A stretch of DNA of 64,000 bases, taken from positions 7,168,001 through 7,232,000 of the forward strand of contig CAVUSO010000001.1 of assembly GCA_963744145.1 (NCBI GenBank), written 5' to 3'. Of this stretch, positions 42,628 through 53,150 are shown piece by piece; position 1 is the stretch's first letter; each line of letters begins with the position of its first letter. The stretch comes from an uncultured cyanobacterium. GTDB lineage: Bacteria; Cyanobacteriota; Cyanobacteriia; Cyanobacteriales; CAWUOF01. The notes beneath the pieces were generated by a model. The model saw nothing but the letters and a program-made list of their open reading frames with translations. It was not told the DNA's origin and did no database searches. Position numbers and translations under genes: made by a program.

Positions 42628-42936
42628 CTTCCCCAACGGGTGGTAAAAACATCTCCATAAGTCTTGCTACAATCTTCCAGGTATTGTAAAGGGTTAAAAA
42701 TCCACTGAAATAGCTGAATAAATTTCGGTGCTTTTGGACCATCTGGCAGGCGCATTTGGTTTTCCTGGTAAAATTTTTCCGTGATTGGGTCAAATATTTT
42801 CAATTATAATCTCAAGTAACCCAACTACCTAGTCCCAATTCCCAGCCTCCTGGAAATATATCTTAAATTGTGGTGTGGTGGTTTCAATAAAGGTAACGCT
42901 TATGCGAAACTGTGTTTTGTCCCCTAGTCTGAATTT

Positions 42937-43524
42937 ATGCAACCTGCTGTGAAGTCCCCGGAAGGAAGTGCTAGATGGGAAGAACTTGCTCAACTTCAGC
43001 CAGAGCCAGTACAGTTAGATAACATCAAAGCTCAGTTAGATCTAGTCCTCTTAGCTCTAGAGTCATTGGCTGATATTGGTTCAGAAGCGATGCTAAAAGC
43101 AGCAGTAGAACTGAATTTAGAATCTATTGTCGCCGATCGCGTAGCCTTGTGGCGTTTGCGTCAGTCTAGTCCATTGCGAAAAAGTCAGGGAGGAAGAAAA
43201 AAACTGGATGTAGAAGAAGCTCGATCGCTAGTTTTGATTAGTTGTCTGATCGCTAAACAGCATCAAGAATTAATTCGTCGAGCGGTTTCCCTGCTCGAGC
43301 AAATGACAGAACAAAACCGTCCACCCCATCAAGCTGCTCTGTTAGGAGATTATCTTGATACTTTCTGCAACACTTATCAAGAACGGATGGAGGATGGAGA
43401 AAGTGTCCCAACGGAGGTGTTGACCAATTTAGCTTTAAAACTGCTGATTGATTTACTTTTTTATAGCGGACCGGGTGGACATCGACGGTTATGGTTAGCA
43501 CTAATAGATCGGTCAACTAAATAA
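42937..43524 (+). CDS. DUF3038-type conserved cyanobacterial protein
   Basis: LDLVLLALESL...DRVALWRLRQSSPLR...LLFYSGPGGHRRLW. Confidence 0.8.
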   Translation: MQPAVKSPEGSARWEELAQLQPEPVQLDNIKAQLDLVLLALESLADIGSEAMLKAAVELNLESIVADRVALWRLRQSSPLRKSQGGRKKLDVEEARSLVLISCLIAKQHQELIRRAVSLLEQMTEQNRPPHQAALLGDYLDTFCNTYQERMEDGESVPTEVLTNLALKLLIDLLFYSGPGGHRRLWLALIDRSTK

Positions 43525-43622
43525 ATTATTGATCAGGTAAAATCATCATCTAACCATCAAGCTGATTGTCGTCAATCAATCATCAACTATAAACTTTTAG
43601 TAATAGACAATTAAACTTAAAA

Positions 43623-45419
43623 ATGGTTTTGCGACGTTATACTCCTCCTACTTGCACACTAGAAATCAATGCGAATAACTCACCGCTTTCCCACTGGACG
43701 GGGAAACCTGTACTGAAAAATCTGCGCTTTCAGTTAAGTTTTGACGATCCCAAATTACCAGAAGAAAAACAGGTAACGATTAGTGGGAATCGGACTCAAC
43801 TAGAAACTCTTTGTCAAGTTGTGGAAACTTACGTTCAAAACTTTTTGGTGCAATCTCCAGAGCGATTAAATAGTGTCTTGTTACCAGAACAGACTAACAA
43901 AGCAGCAGCTTTTCGATCGGAATTGCCCGATCTAGAAGTAAAAGAAAGTCTTGATTCACCAGAATTAGCCCAGGTGAAAGAGCCAAGTTGGGAAGATTTA
44001 GGCAATATTAATGATCAATCTCTCACCAATAAATCTGAAATTTATCTCCAACCCAAAAGTTTATTATACCATACATTATTTTTAGGATCTCTGGCTAATC
44101 AAGAATCTGGAGCCATCCTGAATTTAAGCGTCCTGCAATTATTTGACCTCGCTAGTGCTTTAGATGGATACTCTACCGAAGTGGTAGCTATTCCTAACCT
44201 AAATCAGTCTAACTGGTTCAAAAAATTACCAGATTGGGCTCCAATGGCAGCGGTATTCTTATTAGGAGTAGGTTTAACATCTGTAATATTTGAATTTTCT
44301 CAATCTCCAGGTAAACAACAAGTTGCTACAACTACCAGTAATCAATCATCTAATCTTTTAGCTTCTCAACCAATCACTAATCCGATCGCACCAGTGGGAA
44401 CTCTCGCTCCAGTTCCCTTAGCAGGAGTACCTAAACCCCCAGGAAATTTAAACACAGCGATCGCTACACCACCACCGAATAATTTATCAGTATCTGCATC
44501 TAAAATACCACCTTTAGTTCAGCCACCACCTTTACCAGTCAATTCATCCTCAGTACCACCATCAACAGCTCAAAATCAACCAGCACCAGTTGCACCAGTT
44601 GCACCAGCACCACAGTCCTTATCGATCCCAGAATTATCAAACACACCAGTTGCACCACCAGCACCACCAGCACCACTAGCACCACAGTCCTTATCGATCC
44701 CAGAATTACCAGACACACCAGTCGCAGCACCAGCACCAAGGACTGTCAATCCAGCACCAGCACCAATCTTTTTTCCAGAAAAACCTAGATCATCTCCATC
44801 ATCAATAGGACAATCGTCACCAAGATTAGGGACAGATCCTAAACCTTTAAGACCAGCTCCTGTACCCAGCGATATAACTCTAGTTCCACCAGCGATTTTA
44901 CCTTTACCTAATTTAGAGCCTAATCTCACTCCAGACACCATCCAGGGGAAACCTAGCCAAACTATTGCTAGTAATCAGGGAGCTAATATCCAGCCCAATG
45001 GTAGTATAGTCCAAAAGAAATCCGTCGGAACAGTTGCTCAGGAACAAACACCAGAATCTGCTGCTCAGGAACAAACAACAGAATCTGCATCCAGTTCTAC
45101 AGGAGACAGGACATCTCAGGATAAATATAATGAAAGTATCGCTCAGGTAGTAGAAACGCAAGAATATTTTCAAAAACGTTGGCACCCACCTCAAGATTGG
45201 AGCCAAACTTTGGAATATAAGTTATTACTCAATGCGGATGGCTCAATTCAAGCTGTGAAACCCATGACCGAAGATTCGGCTAAACATATTGATTTAACTA
45301 ATATGCCTTTAGTTGGTAAACCTTTTGTGTCTAATCTAGAAAGTGGAAAAACTGCCACCATTCGGTTAGTATTACGTCCTGATGGCAAAGTGCAGACATT
45401 TTTAGAATCAAGAAACTGA
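43623..45419 (+). CDS. DUF4335-type protein with a TM helix and Pro-rich region
   Basis: RRYTPPTCTLEI...SPLSHW...F.LSFDDP, LSVLQLFDLASALD, C-terminal YFQKRW.PP...LEY. Usual partner of DUF3038. Confidence 0.78.
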   Translation: MVLRRYTPPTCTLEINANNSPLSHWTGKPVLKNLRFQLSFDDPKLPEEKQVTISGNRTQLETLCQVVETYVQNFLVQSPERLNSVLLPEQTNKAAAFRSELPDLEVKESLDSPELAQVKEPSWEDLGNINDQSLTNKSEIYLQPKSLLYHTLFLGSLANQESGAILNLSVLQLFDLASALDGYSTEVVAIPNLNQSNWFKKLPDWAPMAAVFLLGVGLTSVIFEFSQSPGKQQVATTTSNQSSNLLASQPITNPIAPVGTLAPVPLAGVPKPPGNLNTAIATPPPNNLSVSASKIPPLVQPPPLPVNSSSVPPSTAQNQPAPVAPVAPAPQSLSIPELSNTPVAPPAPPAPLAPQSLSIPELPDTPVAAPAPRTVNPAPAPIFFPEKPRSSPSSIGQSSPRLGTDPKPLRPAPVPSDITLVPPAILPLPNLEPNLTPDTIQGKPSQTIASNQGANIQPNGSIVQKKSVGTVAQEQTPESAAQEQTTESASSSTGDRTSQDKYNESIAQVVETQEYFQKRWHPPQDWSQTLEYKLLLNADGSIQAVKPMTEDSAKHIDLTNMPLVGKPFVSNLESGKTATIRLVLRPDGKVQTFLESRN

Positions 45420-45424
45420 TCTTT

Positions 45425-45919
45425 TTAGTGATGAATTTCTAAATTTAAGATATAGTGACCAAGCTGAACTTTTTCAGACCATAACTCGTATTCTAATTGC
45501 AGATGCCTAGGTAAAGGTTTACTATCGAGCTGAAGACTACGAGTGAAGTTACGTAACCGGATTTGTCCGCTGCTACGGAAACTTTGATTTTGCAACCAAT
45601 AACGGCTCAAACCATACATTCCTTTTTCCCACAAGTGTCGATAACTAAAGTTACCGTTTCCTTGCATGGTCATAATCACTCGCTCAGGAGAAATTTCTAA
45701 CCAGAGTAGTCGGGAAGTGCTTGCGGGTGGTAAAGTAGCTACTTCTTGATGGAGATCTGAATCAGCACTTTTTTCTTGGATCATCGGCTCGTTTAAAAGC
45801 AGATGAAAGCGATCGCGGTCTTTTTGATATAAAGTAGCGGCTGTTTCGACTACTGACCAAATCGGTAGATCGGTGGAAACTATGGATAGATATATGGGTT
45901 TACGTTTATGAGTCAACAT
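45425..45919 (-). CDS. Conserved hypothetical protein
   Basis: 164-aa ORF with normal composition, divergent from aroA. Confidence 0.75.
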   Translation of the reverse strand: MLTHKRKPIYLSIVSTDLPIWSVVETAATLYQKDRDRFHLLLNEPMIQEKSADSDLHQEVATLPPASTSRLLWLEISPERVIMTMQGNGNFSYRHLWEKGMYGLSRYWLQNQSFRSSGQIRLRNFTRSLQLDSKPLPRHLQLEYELWSEKVQLGHYILNLEIHH

Positions 45920-46066
45920 AAGACAACAGATCAGAGGGGTAAGGGTGGAATGACATTTGGCGATTAACTAAAGACTAAAAACTAAAAAGAGAGTTTAGTG
46001 TCCGGAAAAAAGATAGGATTTAATTTGATCGCCCCATCCTAGTTTATCCGAATCTTTGCTATCACA

Positions 46067-47395
46067 ATGACCAAAATCACCGTAAATCAGCAAAACTTGA
46101 TAATTGAAACCTCTCCTTCTGGTGGATCTCTTTCTGGTCGGATTAGAGTCCCTGGAGATAAGTCCATCTCTCATCGCGCTTTGATGTTGGGGAGTTTAGC
46201 AACTGGGGAAACTACTATTTCTGGGTTGCTTTTAGGTGAAGATCCAAGGAGCACAGCTAGTTGTTTTCAAGCATTAGGAGCAGAAATTTCTCCTCTGAAT
46301 TCAGACTTAGTGAAAGTAAAAGGGATTGGACTGGGAAACTTACAGGAACCTAATGGAATTTTGGATGCTGGTAACTCCGGTACTACTTTGCGATTAATGT
46401 TGGGGATTTTAGCTGCTCAACCAGACCGATTTTTTACGGTGACGGGAGATGATTCTCTCCGATCGCGTCCTATGTCTCGGGTGGTAAAACCTCTAGCGGA
46501 AATGGGGGCGAAAATTTGGGGACGTCAACAAGCATCTTTAGCTCCTCTGGCCATTCAAGGACAAAGACTACACTCTATTCATTATCACTCTCCCATTGCT
46601 TCGGCTCAAGTTAAGTCTTGTATACTTCTGGCTGGTTTAATGGCAACGGGAAAAACTACTGTAACTGAACCGATTTTATCACGGGATCATAGTGAAAGAA
46701 TGTTAAGTGCTTTTGGCGCAGAAGTGGCGATCGATCCCGATACTTCTAGTGTGACTATTACGGGACAGGCTCAATTAAAGGGACAATCCGTGATTGTGCC
46801 TGGAGATATTAGTTCTGCTGCTTTTTGGTTAGTTGCTGGTGCTATTATACCAGGATCGGAGTTATGGATTGAGAATGTGGGTGTGAATCCTACCCGGACT
46901 GGAATTTTAGAAGTTTTAGGGATGATGGGGGCTGAGATTGAATTGGTTAATCAGCGGATCGTGACTGGAGAACCTGTAGCTGATCTCCGAGTCCGTTATA
47001 GTGCTTTAAAAGCTTGTGAGATTGCCGGAGCGGTAATCCCCAGGTTAATTGATGAGATTCCCATTTTAGCAGTTGCAGCGATTTTTGCTCAAGGTACAAC
47101 AGTGATTCGTGATGCGGCTGAATTACGGGTGAAAGAAAGCGATCGCTTGGCTGTCATCGCTAGTGAATTAAATCGTTTAGGTGCGAAAATTACCGAATTG
47201 CCGGATGGATTGGAAATTACTGGTGGGACAACTTTAACTGGTACAGATGTAGATAGTCATACGGATCATCGAGTAGCGATGAGTTTAGCGATCGCGGCTC
47301 TGGCTAGTCAAGGTCAGACTACCATTCATCGGGCTGAAGCTGCCGCTATTTCTTATCCTGATTTTCTTACAACGCTGCCACAAATTTGTCATTAA
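46067..47395 (+). CDS. aroA: 3-phosphoshikimate 1-carboxyvinyltransferase
   Basis: [45 protein letters not shown]. Confidence 0.97.
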   Translation: MTKITVNQQNLIIETSPSGGSLSGRIRVPGDKSISHRALMLGSLATGETTISGLLLGEDPRSTASCFQALGAEISPLNSDLVKVKGIGLGNLQEPNGILDAGNSGTTLRLMLGILAAQPDRFFTVTGDDSLRSRPMSRVVKPLAEMGAKIWGRQQASLAPLAIQGQRLHSIHYHSPIASAQVKSCILLAGLMATGKTTVTEPILSRDHSERMLSAFGAEVAIDPDTSSVTITGQAQLKGQSVIVPGDISSAAFWLVAGAIIPGSELWIENVGVNPTRTGILEVLGMMGAEIELVNQRIVTGEPVADLRVRYSALKACEIAGAVIPRLIDEIPILAVAAIFAQGTTVIRDAAELRVKESDRLAVIASELNRLGAKITELPDGLEITGGTTLTGTDVDSHTDHRVAMSLAIAALASQGQTTIHRAEAAAISYPDFLTTLPQICH

Positions 47396-47501
47396 CTGCT
47401 GATTGCCTGATTTTTTTGTCATCATCCCCAATTCATGAAACATTTGTTAATGCGTGGGAATACTAGGAAAAACACCCTCCGAATGGGATTTCCCCAGACA
47501 G

Positions 47502-47921
47502 ATGTGGCAAAGACTTCTAGACATGATGCACTATGTCGGCACCGCTGCTGACCTTGGCCCGGATTTCCAAGTTCGACAACAGATTAGTCAGCTACTTCGC
47601 GATCGTCGTTCTCTGTCTCTCGATGAATGGTTTGATTCTTTTTGGCATCACCGAGGTATTTCTAAACCCTTAGTCACTTTTATTTATATCCATCTCGAAA
47701 AATATTCGGGGTTAAAAGTGGCTAAATTCCGCCCAAATGATCACCTAGAACATGATTTGAAATTAACTATGGTCTGTTGGTTTGATTGGCACTTAACTTT
47801 TTGTGAAGATTTCTGTCAATGCTTTGGTGTGGATCTGAGCGATCGCTTAGATCCACGAGATTTTTGCACCTTGGAAGAATTGGTAATTTTTCTGAATTGC
47901 CAGCTCTTAACTACCGTTTAA
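47502..47921 (+). CDS. Hypothetical protein with an acyl-carrier-like C-terminal pattern
   Basis: ORF from ATG 47502; RPNDHLEHDL...F...FGVDL...TLEELVIFLN. Confidence 0.65.
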   Translation: MWQRLLDMMHYVGTAADLGPDFQVRQQISQLLRDRRSLSLDEWFDSFWHHRGISKPLVTFIYIHLEKYSGLKVAKFRPNDHLEHDLKLTMVCWFDWHLTFCEDFCQCFGVDLSDRLDPRDFCTLEELVIFLNCQLLTTV

Positions 47922-48029
47922 TGAGGATAAAAAGGGGACTGAGGAGCCCCCTCCAGGTATGGTCACAGTCAGAAGACCAATTAGCGGTGAACCATGATCT
48001 TAGGACTGATGACCTAATCCTAGAATTTG

Positions 48030-48464
48030 TTAGTTTTTCGAGGTAATATTCCCTAAAACTTGATTTTTTAGAGATTGGACTTCTTTAGACAGCTCTTGAC
48101 GACTGCTAGCACGGAGCAAATAACGGTAAACAAACCAAATGCTATAAACAATCCCAATTAATTCAAAGGTTGGGGTGAGGAGTGGGACATCATTGAGTGC
48201 GTCAATTACGGCTAAGGTAACTTTCACAGAAATCAACGCAGCTATAATTAAACCAATGGTTACTAAGGGTTTTTGGTTTTTGTCCAAAAAATTACCTATA
48301 TAATCAGGTAATTGGCCTAAGTAGCCACGAATTTGATCCCAAACTTGAGTCCACTGTTCTCCATAGGGGTTGGAGCTAGCTACTTTGGTGAGGGAGCCAG
48401 GGGGATCAGCTTTAACTTCATCAAAGCCAGTAGATGAGGTAGAATCTGTTTTTGTTTCAGTCAT
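48030..48464 (-). CDS. CAAD-domain thylakoid curvature protein (CurT/CURT1-like)
   Basis: VIDALNDVPLLTPTFELIGIVYSIWFVYRYLLRASSRQEL. Confidence 0.88.
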   Translation of the reverse strand: MTETKTDSTSSTGFDEVKADPPGSLTKVASSNPYGEQWTQVWDQIRGYLGQLPDYIGNFLDKNQKPLVTIGLIIAALISVKVTLAVIDALNDVPLLTPTFELIGIVYSIWFVYRYLLRASSRQELSKEVQSLKNQVLGNITSKN

Positions 48465-48747
48465 ATAGGTTTCTAGAAAATAACTATCTTGGTCAATGTT
48501 GGGGGAAATACTCCCACAATCAAACATTAAACAGTGATGTCGAACATTTTTTTGCCAGGTAACAAACTAACTTTACAGTAGAGCTGTAAGTTTTGCCAAA
48601 CTAAGGGCCATTACTTGCCTAGAGAATTGGGGCAAATCTGTTTTTGGCAATGTAGTTTCATCAGCATTTAAAATCTTAATCGTTTCCAAGTAAAAGATCC
48701 GCAATCAGGAAACAGAATTTATCAAAATCAAAAACTATCAAAATGGT

Positions 48748-49755
48748 TTATTTTTTGAGAGGTTCGCTCTTAACTTCGTTGGGAGAAGACCGTCGGGATT
48801 CAAATTCAGAAATATTTGCTAAGGTAGTTTCGGCAATATTTTTTAAAGCGTTGTCCGTAAAAAATCCCTGGTGTCCAGTAATGATGACATTGGGAAAAGT
48901 AAGTAATCGTTGAAAAACGTCATCTTGAATGACAATATTAGATAAATCTTCAAAAAATAAATCTGTCTCTTGTTCGTAAACATCTAAACCTAAATAGCCA
49001 ACTTGACCTGATTTTAAAGCTTTAGTCACTGCTTTGGTATCAATGAGTGCCCCACGACTGGTGTTAATCAGCATTACCCCTTTTTTCATCTGTTGGATTG
49101 CTTCAGTATTGATTAAATGATAGCTGTCTGGGGTGAGGGGACAGTGTAAGCTAATAATATTTGAGTTGGCTAATAAATCGCTCAGGGAAACATATTGCAC
49201 TCCGATCGCTGCACATTCAGGATTTATTCTCACATCATAAGCTAAAATATGACAACCAAATCCGGTGAGAATTTGGGCAACGATCGCACCGATTTTCCCT
49301 GTACCAATAATCCCGACTGTTTGCTCATGTAGATCGAAACCTAAAAGTCCATCAAGGGAAAAATTACCTTCCCTGACCCGAGCATAAGCCCGATGAAATT
49401 TACGATTTAAAGTGAGAATCATCCCAATTGTATGTTCGGCTACTGCATAAGGTGAATAGGCTGGTACTCTAACTACTGTGATTCCATATTTTTTGGCTGT
49501 TTCTAGATCAACCTGATTAAATCCAGCGCAGCGTAAAGCAATTAAACCTAATCCTTGACGCGCTAATTGAGTGATGGTAGGTTGATCTAAGATATCATTC
49601 ACAAAAGTACAAACTGCGGGACATTCAGCCGCGAGAATGCTAGTAGATAAATCTAAACGGGGTTGAAAAAAGATTAGTTCATGTCCATAGTTGAGATTAG
49701 CAGTTTCTAGAGATGAGCGATCGTAAGGTTTGGTACTGAAAACCGCAACTTTCAT
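48748..49755 (-). CDS. ldhA: D-lactate dehydrogenase (D-2-hydroxyacid dehydrogenase)
   Basis: MKVAVFSTKPYD, LRCAGFNQVD, VPAYSPYAVAEH, GTGKIG, INTSRG, DVYEQE, TGHQGF. Confidence 0.9.
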   Translation of the reverse strand: MKVAVFSTKPYDRSSLETANLNYGHELIFFQPRLDLSTSILAAECPAVCTFVNDILDQPTITQLARQGLGLIALRCAGFNQVDLETAKKYGITVVRVPAYSPYAVAEHTIGMILTLNRKFHRAYARVREGNFSLDGLLGFDLHEQTVGIIGTGKIGAIVAQILTGFGCHILAYDVRINPECAAIGVQYVSLSDLLANSNIISLHCPLTPDSYHLINTEAIQQMKKGVMLINTSRGALIDTKAVTKALKSGQVGYLGLDVYEQETDLFFEDLSNIVIQDDVFQRLLTFPNVIITGHQGFFTDNALKNIAETTLANISEFESRRSSPNEVKSEPLKK

Positions 49756-49867
49756 CGTTCTGTTCCTGGGCTGAAAAATACTGTGATTATACCAATTAGG
49801 GATGATTGTTATTCCTAATAATTGGTGGCAATCATTAATAATTGCCACCAATCGCTAAAAGCTTTAC

Positions 49868-50521
49868 TTAAACTTTCAGAATCCAATCCTTACGAGTGTC
49901 CTTACTAACAAATGAGGCAGGAACAATTTCGATATTAACACCTAAAGATTTGAAAGTGGCACGAATCGCCGCAGCGTGAGCAGATTCAGTAGAACCAATA
50001 CTGGCACCTGCGGTAATGAATGCGGGATTTTTTAACTTAGCAATTTCAGTAGTGTAGGCGATCGCCGCATCAACTTCTAAAGCTAGTGCTAGTTTAGCAA
50101 TATTGACATCCGAATCTAAACCACCTTCACCGTTGTCTAAGTAAGTTTTAACCGTATACTCAGATTGAGAAGTAACAGGAGTTGCACCTAATTGTTGCAC
50201 TGCTGCGATTAAAGTATCCCGATGTTGCTTATGATCAGCTTGGTTGCGAAGTGCCAAGGCTAAAATAGCTGGACCAGGATCACTATTACTCAGCTTACTT
50301 GCGGCAACGCTATATGCCCAAATAGCTTGATGTTCATAAAATAGAGCATGATTAAGGATCTTCGCATCACTAGCTTTAGAATCATGAGAATCTGCTTCGT
50401 GAGCATCTGCTTTTAGTGTAGCAAGTCCCAATGCACCAGATACTCCGACCACAGCACTTGTGACAATAATTCCACGGCGGGAAAATTTTTTGCTAGTAAG
50501 CTGAAGATTAGCAAAATCCAT
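49868..50521 (-). CDS. Tat-exported ferritin-like domain protein
   Basis: SRRGII twin-Arg signal; ALFYEHQAIWAY, HKQHRD, ALEVDA, ESAHAA. Confidence 0.8.
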   Translation of the reverse strand: MDFANLQLTSKKFSRRGIIVTSAVVGVSGALGLATLKADAHEADSHDSKASDAKILNHALFYEHQAIWAYSVAASKLSNSDPGPAILALALRNQADHKQHRDTLIAAVQQLGATPVTSQSEYTVKTYLDNGEGGLDSDVNIAKLALALEVDAAIAYTTEIAKLKNPAFITAGASIGSTESAHAAAIRATFKSLGVNIEIVPASFVSKDTRKDWILKV

Positions 50522-50563
50522 TTTTATTCTCCATCTAGGTGTCTCGTAATATCATACCTTCAT

Positions 50564-52144
50564 TTAAGATAAAAAGGTTACTTCAACCATGCTATTTAAT
50601 AACCCAGGTAAATATAAATAATAGGTGATGGGCAAAATTAATAACCACCATCTAAATAGTTGTTTAATTATCGGGGTTAATCTAGTCCGATTATATTGTT
50701 CAGCTACTTTTTTAATTGCTTCAGTTTGGGTGGGATAAGGATGAATTACCGTAGCTAAGGTTTTTAATCCAATCTGACTAGCGATCGCGAGGGTAATTTC
50801 ACTAATCATTTCTCCCGCATGAGGTGCTACAATGGTGGCTCCTAATATTTTATCAGTATTTTTTTGAACGTGAATTTTGACAAATCCTTCTGTTTCTCCA
50901 TCGGCGATCGCTCGATCTACTTGGGTGAAAGGAATGACAAATGTATCTAACTCTATTCCTTGTTTATTTGCATCACTTTCGTTAATTCCCACATGAGCAA
51001 TTTCGGGAGTGGTATAAGTACACCATGACATTTTTAAAGCACTAAGTCGTTGTTTACCAAATCCCCCGATGCTAAAGAGAGAATTTTTAATGACAATGCG
51101 AGCAGCAGCATCAGCAGCATGGGTAAATTTCCAATCCATACAGATATCTCCAGCAGCATAAATCCGGGGATTATCTGTTTGCAAATAATCATTAACAATA
51201 ATTCCTTTCTTTTGATCAGATCGGACTCCGACTGCATCTAAATTTAGATTTTCTACATTCGGTGTTCTTCCGACACTAATTAAAATTTCATCGACGGTAA
51301 CAGTTTCTGCTTTACCATTAGCTTGATAATAAATAATCTTTTCTTGTTGATTATTTTCGACCAGAGTAATTTGAGATTGCAGAATTAATTGGATTCCTTC
51401 CCGGATAAAAACTTGCTGTAAAACTTCCACAGCATCAGGATCTTCGCGATCGAGAAGATGGGAATTTTTATGGAAGAGGATAACTTGGGAACCGAAACGA
51501 CGAAAAACTTGAGCTAATTCACATCCGATCGGACCACCACCAATCACTGCTAAACGTTGTGGTTGTTTAGTTAAAGAAAAGATAGTTTCATTAGTAAGAT
51601 AACCTGCTGTTTCTAAACCAGGGATATCTAACTGAGTTGGACGAGTTCCTGTCGCGATCGCTGCTTTTTTAAAGTGGAGTTTTTGATCACCAACTCCGAT
51701 GGTCTGATGATCAATAAATCTTCCTGAACCTAAAAAAACATCCACACCTAACTGTTGAAAACGTTGGGCTGAATCGTGAGAACTAATTTCGGCTCTAATG
51801 CGTCGCATTCTTGCCATTACTGCGGTAAAATCAACTGTAGGAGGATTGATTAACTGTACTCCCAGATTCTGACTAGCACAAATATCTGCAATCATCCGAG
51901 CGGACTTAATTAGAGATTTTGAAGGTACACAGCCAAAATTTAAACAATCTCCACCCATGAGATGTTTTTCGATTAAAGCTACTTTAGCACCCAATCCAGC
52001 AGCACCAGCAGCAATTACTAATCCAGCAGTTCCAGCACCAATCACAACCAGATGATAAATTGGTGCTGGTTCAGGATTAACCCAATCATTAGGGTGAACA
52101 TTAGCAACTAAAGTTTCATTAAATATATCTTTTGGTTCTAACAT
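50564..52144 (-). CDS. Pyridine nucleotide-disulfide oxidoreductase (mercuric-reductase-like)
   Basis: GAGTAG, GGDCLNFGCVPSK, GGGPIG, YAAGD, HPYPT. No C-terminal Cys-Cys. Confidence 0.88.
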   Translation of the reverse strand: MLEPKDIFNETLVANVHPNDWVNPEPAPIYHLVVIGAGTAGLVIAAGAAGLGAKVALIEKHLMGGDCLNFGCVPSKSLIKSARMIADICASQNLGVQLINPPTVDFTAVMARMRRIRAEISSHDSAQRFQQLGVDVFLGSGRFIDHQTIGVGDQKLHFKKAAIATGTRPTQLDIPGLETAGYLTNETIFSLTKQPQRLAVIGGGPIGCELAQVFRRFGSQVILFHKNSHLLDREDPDAVEVLQQVFIREGIQLILQSQITLVENNQQEKIIYYQANGKAETVTVDEILISVGRTPNVENLNLDAVGVRSDQKKGIIVNDYLQTDNPRIYAAGDICMDWKFTHAADAAARIVIKNSLFSIGGFGKQRLSALKMSWCTYTTPEIAHVGINESDANKQGIELDTFVIPFTQVDRAIADGETEGFVKIHVQKNTDKILGATIVAPHAGEMISEITLAIASQIGLKTLATVIHPYPTQTEAIKKVAEQYNRTRLTPIIKQLFRWWLLILPITYYLYLPGLLNSMVEVTFLS

Positions 52145-52184
52145 GAAAATCTACTCATTTTATGAAGCAAACAGATCAACTATA

Positions 52185-52596
52185 CAGCCTATTCCAGGTT
52201 TATGAAGTTCATCAAGGTGATCTGTGGGGCAGGGCGGGTTCATCAATACCTCGACTACCCTTCGACTACGCTCAGGGCAAGCGCTCGGCACAAGAGTTAT
52301 TTGTGTGTGGCAAATTCATCGGTGAACCCGCCCCTACAGGGATTCACCAAAAAATCTGACATTCAAGATCAAATTAGACCATAAAAATGTTTGGTCGATG
52401 AATTTGTGATCACAATCAACCAGGATTTGTAGGGGCAGGTTCACCAATCAATTCTGCTCCAAACAGATCACGGACAGGCAAGATGCCTGTCCCACTCATA
52501 AACCTGCCCAACCAACACAGATCAATCACAAGCGACTTTAACCGATCGCTATTCATGCCAAATCTTACTGTACTTCATCAACCACCGAATCCGCTA
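52185..52596. mobile_element. MITE of the 18514 family with additional nested hairpins
   Basis: Ends CAGCCTATTCCAGGTTTATGAAGT...TACTTCATCAACCACCGAATCCGCTA flanked by TA. The interior is homologous to 18514-18858. Confidence 0.8.
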
Positions 52597-52801
52597 TATA
52601 TGATTGCTAGCAGGATGATGCAGTTTTAAATTATTGCGATCGCACGGAAATAATTAAGCTTGATCAAGCTCTAGTACCCTAGATGATTAAGACGATCGCG
52701 ATCGCCAAATTCCAACTTGATTTGAAGAGGGAAATAAATTTGGGAAAAAAGGAGTAATAAATGGTAACATTGCCCAAAAAAATTATCACCGAGAAGCAGT
52801 A

Positions 52802-52935
52802 GCAGAAAACTCGTTGCTCTCATTTTTTGCATCATTTGTGCTAGAACTACCAGTAATACAGGAAATCATGAGGTGGGATATGGCAGTCTTAATGGAGTCT
52901 CCTTGGTATCAGCAAATTTTGCAAGAAGGTGAGGG
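52802..52935 (+). pseudogene. Fragment of an Rpn/DUF4351-type protein C-terminal region
   Basis: LLSFFASFVLELPVIQEIMRWDMAVLMESPWYQQILQEGE, with no upstream body. Confidence 0.6.
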
Positions 52936-52962
52936 CAAAGCATTTCGGTAATGTTATTCTTT

Positions 52963-53136
52963 CCTTCGACTACGCCCCCTTCGACTACGCTCAGGGCAAG
53001 CTTCGACTCCGCTCAGGGCAAGCTTCGACTACGCTCAGGGCAAGCTTCGACTCCGCCCTTCGACTCCGCCCTTCGACTCCGCTCAGGGTAAACTCAGGGT
53101 AAACTCAGGGTAAACTCAGGGAACACTCAGGGTAAA
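52963..53136. repeat. Compound tandem array of CTTCGACT(A/C)CGCTCAGGG-family units
   Basis: (cttcgactmcgctcagggcaag)x3, repeated cttcgactccgcc units, then ~5 ctcaggg(t/a)aa(a/c) units. Confidence 0.9.
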
Positions 53137-53150
53137 CGTTTACTCATTAT

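Larger units (their letters stand above)
38309..42755 (-). pseudogene. Cytochrome P450 interrupted by two IS elements
   Basis: AGHETT, ETLR, PERF, PFGGGNRRCIG. Removing both IS plus their duplications restores a 458-aa frame (MRLPDGPK...TRWGS/TPPLVLLSHPQA...ANQ/FEIGRLNRIL). Confidence 0.93.

Noticed and set aside
50564..52144. True mercuric reductase (merA) or mercury-resistance locus
   Set aside because: No C-terminal Cys-Cys pair, no N-terminal metal-binding domain, and no merR/merT/merP nearby.
52162..52384. Small ORFs 52162-52359, 52202-52384, also 8546-8755, 25228-25446 and 58951-59214
   Set aside because: They lie largely within MITE/REP sequence and have no protein-like features.
52963..53136. 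CRISPR array
   Set aside because: Units are directly tandem with no unique spacers, and no cas genes are present.
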